Virus record (IMG/VR): IMGVR_UViG_3300033068_001265
Span: 28,517 to 92,516 of that record
Direction: 5' to 3' (one strand)
DNA from: a virus
Taxonomy: Duplodnaviria; Caudoviricetes
DNA length: 64,000 bases
The position numbers were made by a program, and so were the translations under genes. Shown here piece by piece: positions 1 to 8,105 of the stretch. Under the pieces are notes generated by a model. That model worked only from the letters and a program-made list of their open reading frames with translations. It was not told the origin of the DNA and did not search any database. Every line of letters starts with the position of its first letter. The stretch's first letter is position 1.

Positions 1-551
1 CCACCGAGTTCCTTGCCACGAATAGTGGTCGTGTTGCCCCACTCAATATATGGAATGGTTATCTTGGACTGAAAGAAATCGAATCCATGGAGATTAACTA
101 GACCAGTATCCTTAACCTCTTCAGGGGAGAAGCCTTTGTCCATGAGGTGTTTAAGGACCCCACCGTCCGCCCAACCGAAACGTAGTTTCTCGATTGTCTG
201 ATCCGACAGCCCTCGTTCGATCCTAAGGTACGTGTAAGCATCAGGGTTCTCTAGGAGTTGGTTAACATAGTAATCTGTGGCAGCATTTAATATGTGAAGA
301 ACCTTGTACGATGGCTTATCATCTAAGGGTGGGTCACCAAAATGTTTTCTGAGTGTGTTTACACTGCCTTTAGTGTCACACAAAAAACATTTGAACAATC
401 CCCACTTATCCGAGTCGGGGTCATTGTTGAAGTATAATCTACCTGGACGAGATGGATCCTCATCACAGAAAAAACAAGTCGTATGGATTTGTGACGTTCC
501 CCCAGATCTAACTTCTATACCCTTGGATTGAAGATACTCAATCAAATCCAT
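1..551 (-). CDS. DNA primase (DnaG-like, Zn-finger N-terminus), partial; runs off the window start
   Basis: Manual translation from ATG at 551 (TGATG overlap with the upstream ORF): MDLIEYLQSKG...CFFC...LFKCFLC...AYTYLRIERGLSDQTIEKLRFGWA...ITIPYIEWG. Not in the ORF track. Confidence 0.85.
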   Translation of the reverse strand, partial: MDLIEYLQSKGIEVRSGGTSQIHTTCFFCDEDPSRPGRLYFNNDPDSDKWGLFKCFLCDTKGSVNTLRKHFGDPPLDDKPSYKVLHILNAATDYYVNQLLENPDAYTYLRIERGLSDQTIEKLRFGWADGGVLKHLMDKGFSPEEVKDTGLVNLHGFDFFQSKITIPYIEWGNTTTIRGKELG

Positions 552-775
552 CAAAGTGGCTCCACGTCCCTACCATACTTCTCTGTAAATGCCACCAAAC
601 CCTCTTCTTTCGTCTCGAAATTTCCCTCTGGGACTGTCCTGCACCTACCGCAACGACCTACTGGACTCCAAGTTGCAATAGGCCACACATAACACTCGCA
701 ATGCATATAGACAATAGGACCTACCAAATCCATCATCGCCTTTGCCTTTATCTCGTGGAAAGAAACTTCAGACAA
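551..775 (-). CDS. small Cys-rich hypothetical protein
   Basis: HCEC...CGRC motifs; translationally coupled to the primase. Confidence 0.6.
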   Translation of the reverse strand: MSEVSFHEIKAKAMMDLVGPIVYMHCECYVWPIATWSPVGRCGRCRTVPEGNFETKEEGLVAFTEKYGRDVEPL

Positions 776-782
776 ACTCTCG

Positions 783-851
783 TACCCGGCCCTGAGTCGA
801 ACAGGGGTCGTCCCACTTACAAGGTGGGGCTCTGCCGTTGAGCTACCGGGT
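783..851 (-). tRNA. tRNA-Thr(UGU)-like, atypical
   Basis: ACCCGG-TA-GCTC-AACGGCA-GAGC-CCCAC-CTTGTAA-GTGGG-ACGAC-CCCTG-TTCGACT-CAGGG-CCGGGT-A. All four stems pair, but the acceptor is only 6 bp, there is no nt 26 and no encoded CCA. Confidence 0.75.
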
Positions 852-868
852 TTTATCAGATTCCTAGA

Positions 869-1342
869 TCAGAAGGACTCTTCGGTGAGGAAATTCTTGG
901 TCCCTGAGGCCCGGAGAACGTCTTTGACCGCATGAGCCTTCGTTCCGTCCTGCTTGGTCTTGTTCCGAACCAGCACACGACAACGTAGACCCGTCAGATC
1001 TGGAGCAACGTTGTTCTCGTCCAGACGGAGAGTGTAATCGTCGGGGAGCCGATCAAGGCCATAAATGGCCGTCAGCCAATGCCGAAGACGGCAGGTATCC
1101 GAATCATTCAAGTACGGCTTAGCAGAGCCGAAAATCCACTGATTCTTGAACTCACCCTCGGTGATCTTGAACGAGAAAGAGATCTCACTCTCATCAGTAA
1201 TGCCATACCGTGCTCGGAATTCGGGGCTGATCTCGCGAAGTTCAACCTTGACCACTTCCACATCGACTAGCTCGTTCTCTGGGATAACCGGCCACTTAGG
1301 CTCATCCTTTAGTGCCGTTCCAGAACTCATTGCAATTTCCAT
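869..1342 (-). CDS. putative ssDNA-binding protein (DUF669-like)
   Basis: beta-rich pattern (FSFKITEGEFKNQWIF), acidic end EESF, immediately downstream of the Sak4-like gene. Confidence 0.6.
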   Translation of the reverse strand: MEIAMSSGTALKDEPKWPVIPENELVDVEVVKVELREISPEFRARYGITDESEISFSFKITEGEFKNQWIFGSAKPYLNDSDTCRLRHWLTAIYGLDRLPDDYTLRLDENNVAPDLTGLRCRVLVRNKTKQDGTKAHAVKDVLRASGTKNFLTEESF

Positions 1343-1370
1343 TTACAGTTTCCTTTTCAGTTTCAAAGTC

Positions 1371-2327
1371 TCAATTTTTCTTCTTGAAACAGTCCTCACA
1401 ATGGACTGCCCCAAATCTTAACGTGGATAAATCGACCCACGTCTTGGGGACATCTGTCGCCCCACAAGATTCACAAATATCTCCCCCATTAACAGATTCT
1501 TGATTTACTGGGTTAGGATTGTTTTCTTCAGCTGCTATAGCTTCATCAATACTGATCTGACCGGGGATTTCTGTAGAAAGTTCCTCGGCTTCTTGAGGTT
1601 TGTCTTCAATCACCTCAGTCAAGGATGGTCGAACACTTCTAGAATCCAAGGCCTTGAATAGGGTCTCAAAATCCGAGACGAAGTTTACATCCTGATACCC
1701 AGATGTTGTTCTAGTAAAATCAGAACACCACTCAGCTTCAGCAACAGGTGCTGTGACTAGATAGAACTCTTGGGTGCTTGGGGCATCTCCCGATTCTGGG
1801 GTGGTGTTAGCCCTGAGCCAAAGCATGTGAGTAAAAAACTGAGCCATCTGATTCTGGAAAGCCCCCTGAACAGAGGGGAGCATAACCGATCTGTTCCCAA
1901 CCTGAACATCCTTGATACCCGTTGTCACCACCACATGAACGTCCAGAGTAGATAGTTTCGTGAAGATGGCTCGAAGGCGTTTCTCCAACCACTTCCAGTC
2001 ATCGAAATTCAACTCATTTCGATGCTCCCGCTTTAGGCGATTATCTAAAAGGATATTTTGAAACGAATCTAACCCGTCTAGGATAAGAGTCTCAAATTCG
2101 GACTCTTCAATGACTTGAGTTAGTTGAAATAAATCATCCTCGCTGCCAATATCAGTATACTTGTATTCCAGTACAGCCAACTCTGTTGAATTAGAGCCAG
2201 ACGCTGCAACGATGGGATTTGGGAATTGCCGAGCAAATTCCAGTTTCCGAACTCCAGCCCCACCAGCCAAAAGCATCTTCAGCTTCTGGGGGTACTCGTC
2301 CGTCCCGGCTTGCTTAACTTCGATCAT
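1371..2327 (-). CDS. Sak4/AAA_24-like recombination protein with degenerate Walker A and C-terminal Zn ribbon
   Basis: KLKMLLAGGAGVRKL (Walker A position), TLILDGLD (Walker B), HVVVTT, C-terminal CESC..CEDC; lies between an exonuclease and an SSB. Confidence 0.7.
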   Translation of the reverse strand: MIEVKQAGTDEYPQKLKMLLAGGAGVRKLEFARQFPNPIVAASGSNSTELAVLEYKYTDIGSEDDLFQLTQVIEESEFETLILDGLDSFQNILLDNRLKREHRNELNFDDWKWLEKRLRAIFTKLSTLDVHVVVTTGIKDVQVGNRSVMLPSVQGAFQNQMAQFFTHMLWLRANTTPESGDAPSTQEFYLVTAPVAEAEWCSDFTRTTSGYQDVNFVSDFETLFKALDSRSVRPSLTEVIEDKPQEAEELSTEIPGQISIDEAIAAEENNPNPVNQESVNGGDICESCGATDVPKTWVDLSTLRFGAVHCEDCFKKKN

Positions 2328-2336
2328 CTATTTCTC

Positions 2337-3149
2337 CTAGATCCCGACAAATGAAGGACATACGTCCTGGTATGCACAAAACTTGCAAGAATCGCCCGTA
2401 ATCGTCGGAACATACACATCCTCTCTGATGGCTCTCTCGATCGAGTCACACAAATAGATCATCCTGTCGATGTCACGCTGGTCACGCTGGCCGACATCAT
2501 ACTCCTTGTGCTTGCGAGCATCGTACCAGACAACTCGGATGTCTGAACCTATGAACTTCTTGAACAAGTTCTCGCCGTCAGAAACGCCTGCATACTTTTC
2601 GATTTCTGGCTCCCAGCCAACCCAGAACTCTCGTTGCTGGATGGCGTACCAGTAGGAGGTCATTTGAAGATCAGCGCGAAGATTGTCAAAGTTTGGACGT
2701 GATCCCGTCTTTAGGTCCTCGCAGATGAGGGTATTGGTATCCGGGTCAAACTGAACGTTGTCAACTATACCAGAAATGGTATGGTTTCCGAGGGGAACCT
2801 GAAATCGAATCTCTGTTCCTATGATTTCTCGGTTGAGCCACTTCTGGTTTTCGTGGTACCCTTCAATCGCTTCTATCCCACGTTTGCGATAGGCTTCATG
2901 ACTTGTTCTCTGCGGATAGTAATCCGGGAGGATGTCCATCGCAACAGGGTTATCCCAGACCATTTTAAAGAAATCAAGACAGTCCTCGATTGGTTTACCC
3001 AGTAGATACATCTCGATGCATTTATGCACCAAGGTTCCAAAGCTAGCCGCCGCTGATTTTAACTCGATAACATCAGGATATTCCTGGGCCAGCTTGTATT
3101 GCAAGTTGCAGGACTGGAACTTCTTCAGCATACTTGGATTAAATTTCAC
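2337..3149 (-). CDS. RecB/Cas4-like PD-(D/E)XK exonuclease
   Basis: FGTLVHKCIE, GIVD...EDLKTG, QMTSY; Cys pattern C...CKFC...C. Confidence 0.85.
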   Translation of the reverse strand: MKFNPSMLKKFQSCNLQYKLAQEYPDVIELKSAAASFGTLVHKCIEMYLLGKPIEDCLDFFKMVWDNPVAMDILPDYYPQRTSHEAYRKRGIEAIEGYHENQKWLNREIIGTEIRFQVPLGNHTISGIVDNVQFDPDTNTLICEDLKTGSRPNFDNLRADLQMTSYWYAIQQREFWVGWEPEIEKYAGVSDGENLFKKFIGSDIRVVWYDARKHKEYDVGQRDQRDIDRMIYLCDSIERAIREDVYVPTITGDSCKFCAYQDVCPSFVGI

Positions 3150-3376
3150 TTGCGCAACAACTCCAACAAAAACTGGACCTCTAAACTAGAACAATCCAAA
3201 GCATCCATTATTCGAACAAATTTATCAGCTGACGGGACCTGCCCACTCTCAATCTTCGAGACATACGATGATGATGCCCCGATTTCAGCAGCCAAAGCCC
3301 TAGAGGACATTTCTTTACGGCTACGTAGATACTTGATAACGGCACCCAAATCGTACGGTTCAGCGATGGTCTGCAA
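3146..3376 (-). CDS. XRE/Cro-C1 HTH regulator
   Basis: IKYLRSRKEMSSRALAAEIGASSSYVSKIESG; start placed at TTG 3376 rather than 3442. Confidence 0.8.
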   Translation of the reverse strand: MQTIAEPYDLGAVIKYLRSRKEMSSRALAAEIGASSSYVSKIESGQVPSADKFVRIMDALDCSSLEVQFLLELLRK

Positions 3377-3791
3377 AAACGATAGACTTTCCACAATTAA
3401 AACACGTCCAGTAGTCTTGATCTTGATCCAGCCAACCCCCATACTTTGACAGATGGGGGCAGGTTACAGCAAACTTGAAGATGCTAGGCATTGCCTCAAT
3501 TGCATTTTCCGGGGTAAGGTAGATGTCATCAGCCGAGATCATTTTCTCAGACTGTATCCAGCCTAGAATCGTCCCACGAGATTCGAACACGGTAACATCC
3601 GTATATGGTGGATCAGTGTACAGCATCTTCTCGCGTCGCTCAGCTGTTAAGATACTTACAGAGGTTCCTGCTATATCAAAAAACCTGACCCCTCTCGGGG
3701 TGTAATTTTTGGATACATCTAAATCTGGGTGATACTGATCACAGAAACCCTTCATGGCTTCTTTGGCCGAAGGTGAAAGCAGAACCGTCAT
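3360..3791 (-). CDS. hypothetical protein with C-terminal Zn-ribbon-like motif
   Basis: CPH...CFNC; ATGA overlap with the upstream gene. Confidence 0.55.
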   Translation of the reverse strand: MTVLLSPSAKEAMKGFCDQYHPDLDVSKNYTPRGVRFFDIAGTSVSILTAERREKMLYTDPPYTDVTVFESRGTILGWIQSEKMISADDIYLTPENAIEAMPSIFKFAVTCPHLSKYGGWLDQDQDYWTCFNCGKSIVFADHR

Positions 3792-4018
3792 CCGAAACTT
3801 GCCCCCTGCAACCTGTAATCATCGGGATAAGCTCTAGCTGCCGCTTGAGCTAGAACTCGCCACTGTAAATCATGGATGTGGCTGACGAACTCTGATAAGT
3901 CACGCTCGAAGTTGGGTCCCGGCTCAAGAATATCGTGTTTGTAAGTAGAGGCACACTCACCTAGTACCCTGATGACATCCTTCTCAGCCGGAGTTAAGAA
4001 TTCCTTCTTCTTACTCAC
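3788..4018 (-). CDS. hypothetical protein
   Basis: GTG start at 4018 after a GAGGAG RBS; fits the operon packing. Confidence 0.55.
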   Translation of the reverse strand: MSKKKEFLTPAEKDVIRVLGECASTYKHDILEPGPNFERDLSEFVSHIHDLQWRVLAQAAARAYPDDYRLQGASFG

Positions 4019-4406
4019 TATACATCTCCTCATAGGGATCAGATAGCCAGAATAAAATATCAACCCAGTTAGCAACAGAAACAGATCTACTGAAAACTAC
4101 CACTCCATGCAGCGGAAGGTCGCCAGTGTAGTTCTCTGCATATTCATCCATGGATGCGCCAGTTGTGTACACATCATCAACCACCAGATGATAAGCCCCA
4201 TCTGGACTCGTGTAATTTTCCAATTCTGTAGCTAATCGAGTACCCCCCGTGGGAATTCCTGACACGGAAGCGAAGGGCTTCTTTCGTGTAGCAATCAGAT
4301 AAGCTAAAGCTGTGATGTCTTCATTAGTAAAACCATCGCAATCAATTTTCCAACGTGAACGTTCTCCACTGTGCAGGGTGAACTCACCAAATCGGAATAA
4401 AGTCAT
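4011..4406 (-). CDS. orotate phosphoribosyltransferase-like type I PRTase
   Basis: FTLHSGERSRWKIDC (PyrE-like N-terminal motif), GIPTGG, PRPP loop LVVDDVYTTGAS. Confidence 0.8.
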   Translation of the reverse strand: MTLFRFGEFTLHSGERSRWKIDCDGFTNEDITALAYLIATRKKPFASVSGIPTGGTRLATELENYTSPDGAYHLVVDDVYTTGASMDEYAENYTGDLPLHGVVVFSRSVSVANWVDILFWLSDPYEEMYSE

Positions 4407-4705
4407 CCGGATTCCTTCCGTGAACGTCTTGTTGCCACCCTACCACCAACCAGACGCACCGGATCACATTGGCGAACCTTTTCTGGAAAAAAGAAATCGA
4501 ACAAGTGCAGAGTGAGAAGAGTCCACGCCACGATCAGGGGCCATCTATGAATCGGGTGAGCCAACCCCGATCGAAAGGCGGTGGACATGGTGTAAAATCC
4601 ATCTTTACCCCTCCGCTCAAATGAGATTAAAATTATATCAGCAGTTACGATGTAGGCCGTTAACCCAAGCCAAGCGTAATGAGGTGGCTGTAGGTTCATG
4701 ACCAA
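4403..4705 (-). CDS. small membrane protein
   Basis: two hydrophobic segments: AWLGLTAYIVTADIILI and WPLIVAWTLLTLHLF. Confidence 0.6.
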   Translation of the reverse strand: MVMNLQPPHYAWLGLTAYIVTADIILISFERRGKDGFYTMSTAFRSGLAHPIHRWPLIVAWTLLTLHLFDFFFPEKVRQCDPVRLVGGRVATRRSRKESG

Positions 4706-5073
4706 TCCAATGCAACCGCCTCAATCTGAAACGAATGATACCAAGGAGCTTGTCTCTTCAATTGCCTGGTTAAACTCAGGTCGGTAATATAGAACCAAAT
4801 ATCTTCACCCAAATCAGTAGTCATGCGAATTTGAGAGCGGGTATTTGTAAGAAACTTCAGTGTGTTCATCTGATTTTCTTCTAGGGTTACGCCTGACATA
4901 GAGTATTGAGTAGGGCCATGCCGACCTTCAAAAGAAACAACCTGACCAGCACAAGTCCTAGATGTTGAAATACTTTTTTTACTCAAAGAAACTTTAAAGG
5001 TACTCGGGTTAATTTCCAAACCTTGACTTAATCCTGAAACCGGGTCGTACCAAACCCATGGAATCCGTGACAT
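4696..5073 (-). CDS. minor tail protein (paralog of 5073-5465)
   Basis: LEINP...YSMSGVTL...MTTDLGED, shared with the neighbouring gene; tail operon position. Confidence 0.55.
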   Translation of the reverse strand: MSRIPWVWYDPVSGLSQGLEINPSTFKVSLSKKSISTSRTCAGQVVSFEGRHGPTQYSMSGVTLEENQMNTLKFLTNTRSQIRMTTDLGEDIWFYITDLSLTRQLKRQAPWYHSFQIEAVALDWS

Positions 5074-5465
5074 TACAGCACCTCCAGCACATAACCAGTG
5101 AAAGAGAATTCCATTCTATTCGGATGAGCACGCTTAGGTGCCCTAGTGAACTCCAGAGAATCTAAGTATACCAGAGAGGATTGGCCTAGGTCATCTGTGA
5201 GTATTAAAGGCTCCTCTTTAGAATACCACTCTGAGAGACTGGTATTCTGTCCGGCTGTTAACAATACCCCACTGTACTGAACCCTGGCTATTTCGTCGGT
5301 TGTTTCATGCACGACGGTTTTACCAGAATACCCTGCCGCAACGGCGTAGGTTGGAGATTTGCTTACTCCCAGCGACCCACCATCTGCTTTGGGGTTGACT
5401 TCGAAATAGTAGATCTCGGGAGTCGTCCCTGTGGTGGCCAATGACCAAGCTGCTCTTGACATCAT
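5073..5465 (-). CDS. minor tail protein (distal-tail-like fold suspected)
   Basis: FEVNP...YSGVLL...LTDDLGQ; tail operon position. Confidence 0.55.
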   Translation of the reverse strand: MMSRAAWSLATTGTTPEIYYFEVNPKADGGSLGVSKSPTYAVAAGYSGKTVVHETTDEIARVQYSGVLLTAGQNTSLSEWYSKEEPLILTDDLGQSSLVYLDSLEFTRAPKRAHPNRMEFSFTGYVLEVL

Positions 5466-5932
5466 ACAGCCTTCCCGTATATCTGGACAGCTATATCTTC
5501 GTGCTCAGACTCGCCAGAGAACGCTACAGCTATCCAATTATCCGATGTTATGATGGGGTAGTTCATGGTTCTATTTGGAAGCCCGACCACGCCAGAAACA
5601 CTTCTTTTGGAAGCCACCAAATCAATCGACGCCACGATGGATCCAGCTGTATTAAAAAGCTCATCTCCCAGGAGTAGGGCTATAGTTAAGGTCGATGTGC
5701 CAGTGGTTAAGGCTGTAACATACCACTGTTGAAGAAAGATTGAGTGAGGTGGAATCCATCGCTGGGTTGTAATTTGTAACGATGGGCCAGCTAAACTAAA
5801 TGGTGGAATGTAACTGGACTCGGGTCTTTCGCTGGATACAAAAACGTTTGAATCTGTATTTTGAACGAACCGCATTGTTTGACGAGCCATGATCACACCG
5901 GATTCGAGTAGGCTGTCCCGTCCATATGCCAA
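5462..5932 (-). CDS. minor tail protein, hypothetical
   Basis: beta-rich; in the tail-tip operon; true start may be downstream (MARQ). Confidence 0.45.
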   Translation of the reverse strand: MAYGRDSLLESGVIMARQTMRFVQNTDSNVFVSSERPESSYIPPFSLAGPSLQITTQRWIPPHSIFLQQWYVTALTTGTSTLTIALLLGDELFNTAGSIVASIDLVASKRSVSGVVGLPNRTMNYPIITSDNWIAVAFSGESEHEDIAVQIYGKAV

Positions 5933-6294
5933 ATAGCAAATAAACGAGAACCGGGAGGTCCCTTAGTTACAACACCCAAAGTTGCTCCTGTGTATAGATT
6001 AGAAAATGGGGGAATGTCCTCTATCCTCCACTTAAGCACCACCATTGAAATAGACGGCATTCTGGTCGGAATCAAAAGGTCTCCATCTCGCACTTCAGCC
6101 GCAAAGGACAGTAAGGGCTTTTCCGAGAACTTAACTGGAAAAATAACCTCAACCTCGACCTCTCCCATGCCATCAAGTAGGAATTGACCAGAAGCCCTAG
6201 TGGGACCAGCACTCATGTCGCTAAGCCCCCTGGTGTCAAACCTGTCTTGATTTAGTTTGCGTCTAAATCGCTCTAATTCGCTCATAATAATCAC
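5893..6294 (-). CDS. minor tail protein
   Basis: VEVIFPVKFSEKP motif typical of tail beta-sandwich domains. Confidence 0.5.
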   Translation of the reverse strand: MIIMSELERFRRKLNQDRFDTRGLSDMSAGPTRASGQFLLDGMGEVEVEVIFPVKFSEKPLLSFAAEVRDGDLLIPTRMPSISMVVLKWRIEDIPPFSNLYTGATLGVVTKGPPGSRLFAIWHMDGTAYSNPV

Positions 6295-8105
6295 AGGTAC
6301 TTGGTACTAGCCAAAGTTAAGGTATCGAAATTATCGCTATAGATACCAATACGAAGAATAGCCGTCCCTGACTCACCCCTATCACCGTAAATTGAAATCC
6401 TGTAAACTCCCTCCTCTAAGTTGCCTAACGACAACCGACCATTGCCCGTAGGTAACTCACTCGCCAAATAGAATGGCGTAGCACTATCATTTTGGATCAA
6501 AATGGATCCGTTTAACAGAATCTTCTCTGAGATAGAAGCTACTCGCAACTCCGCTCCAATCATTTCTGACGGAACTGTCAGTATCCCAGTAAAGGACCAC
6601 CCATAATTAGACGTGGATAACTGTGGTGAGTTGAAGAAAGGTGGAGTAGATCCACTCAAGTCAACGAAGGCATAATCTCCGCTATCCAGATTGTCATTCA
6701 TTAATTCCAGATAATCATTTGCGCCGTCTTGTGCTGCATACCCAAAACCGGTCCCATCCATAATAACCAAAGGGGTTGATCCCACCAAAGATTTTAAGTA
6801 CTGAATAACCAAAGGCCACTCACCACTATCAAATTCGCCCGAAATGGCTACACCATCAAAAGTGAACTCCGGTGTTGCTGCCTGCGATGAAGCCAGAAAT
6901 AGTTCCAAAAAATCTATATCCCTGGAGTCCAGGGATACACCATTGAACAAATCATCATACCCCTCACCCCTCGCCCCTAGATGAATGTTGGGGCCATACA
7001 ACCGCACCCCCGGTCGGACAGAACGAAATGTGGTATCAACGGCCTGGAACAACTCGGCGTACCGTCGATAATCCCAACTACCCATGGTGCAGCCAGGGGT
7101 AGCATCGTAATATGATGACCCACTATCTGATCCGCATAACATGCCTAAATTATCTTTCCAAACAATAAAATCGTTTACAGTCGGGTAATCAGACAGAATA
7201 TCTACCCAAGCATCGACAATACTAAGTTCAGGTGCCCCACTGGGGGTTGCATCATTTGACACGTATTCACTCGGAGCAAATGCTAGAGTGCAAAATGGAA
7301 TAAGGGATTGATTCTGCATCTCTGTTAAGAGGGAAACGAATTGGGTATCGTCGGATCCCAGAACCGGGAGATTCCCTAGGTCTGGCCAAGGAAACTCATC
7401 CCCATCATAAACCATGGTCTCGCTAAAATTCAACCCCCTTTCTGTGGCTATAACATCAAAGGTGGCTCCATCAGTAACTCCACCTACAAAATCACGTACC
7501 TTACAGTTCCTAAATCTGGTCAGCAGACTAAACCCGACAGGGTTATGAGTTCCATCCACAACAAACAATGTTGCATTGCCACAAACAGTCGTAAGCCCAC
7601 CAACACCATCCCACCTAAATTCGAAAAGTGACTCACCGGAAATGCTCACTGATGTAGTTTTTAAGACTGTCTCACTTCCGTTGACAACAGAGGAAATGGA
7701 GAGCACCCCATCACTACTTATTTTAGCAATGTACCCATCATCTGCATCCAAAATACAAAGAGCGGCTTCCCAAACCCCTGGCTCCGGAGTTACGTGAATA
7801 ACTACCCCTGACCCCCTGGTCCCTACTTTAAGATTGGTGAAAGTGAATGCAGCTAAATCTGTGCTGTTGAATGGGTGAGCAAAGGTCCCATCACAATAAA
7901 CCGGAGTATCACCAAGGTCAATAAAAGGTGATGGATCAAGAGCTAAAGAACCCGTGGATGCCGCTGGAGTTGCTGAGCCTGCGAGCTCCCCTGTAATTCC
8001 CATGTCAGCAAAAACACAATCGACCTGAGGGATTGCGGCCTTCAGGAGGGTGTTGGGGTGGGTTTGAATACCTAAGTTCGGATAGGAACCATCAAATCTA
8101 GGCAT
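6291..8105 (-). CDS. tail-associated protein with degenerate GH39-like domain
   Basis: PFCTLAFAP...FIVWKD...WDYRRYAELFQAV...RPGVRLYGP...LDSRDIDF resembles actinobacterial GH39. Confidence 0.6.
   Translation of the reverse strand: MPRFDGSYPNLGIQTHPNTLLKAAIPQVDCVFADMGITGELAGSATPAASTGSLALDPSPFIDLGDTPVYCDGTFAHPFNSTDLAAFTFTNLKVGTRGSGVVIHVTPEPGVWEAALCILDADDGYIAKISSDGVLSISSVVNGSETVLKTTSVSISGESLFEFRWDGVGGLTTVCGNATLFVVDGTHNPVGFSLLTRFRNCKVRDFVGGVTDGATFDVIATERGLNFSETMVYDGDEFPWPDLGNLPVLGSDDTQFVSLLTEMQNQSLIPFCTLAFAPSEYVSNDATPSGAPELSIVDAWVDILSDYPTVNDFIVWKDNLGMLCGSDSGSSYYDATPGCTMGSWDYRRYAELFQAVDTTFRSVRPGVRLYGPNIHLGARGEGYDDLFNGVSLDSRDIDFLELFLASSQAATPEFTFDGVAISGEFDSGEWPLVIQYLKSLVGSTPLVIMDGTGFGYAAQDGANDYLELMNDNLDSGDYAFVDLSGSTPPFFNSPQLSTSNYGWSFTGILTVPSEMIGAELRVASISEKILLNGSILIQNDSATPFYLASELPTGNGRLSLGNLEEGVYRISIYGDRGESGTAILRIGIYSDNFDTLTLASTKYL

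Noticed and set aside
783-851. tRNA-Tyr(GUA) reading
   Set aside because: The anticodon stem only pairs (CCCAC/GTGGG) with UGU centred in the loop.
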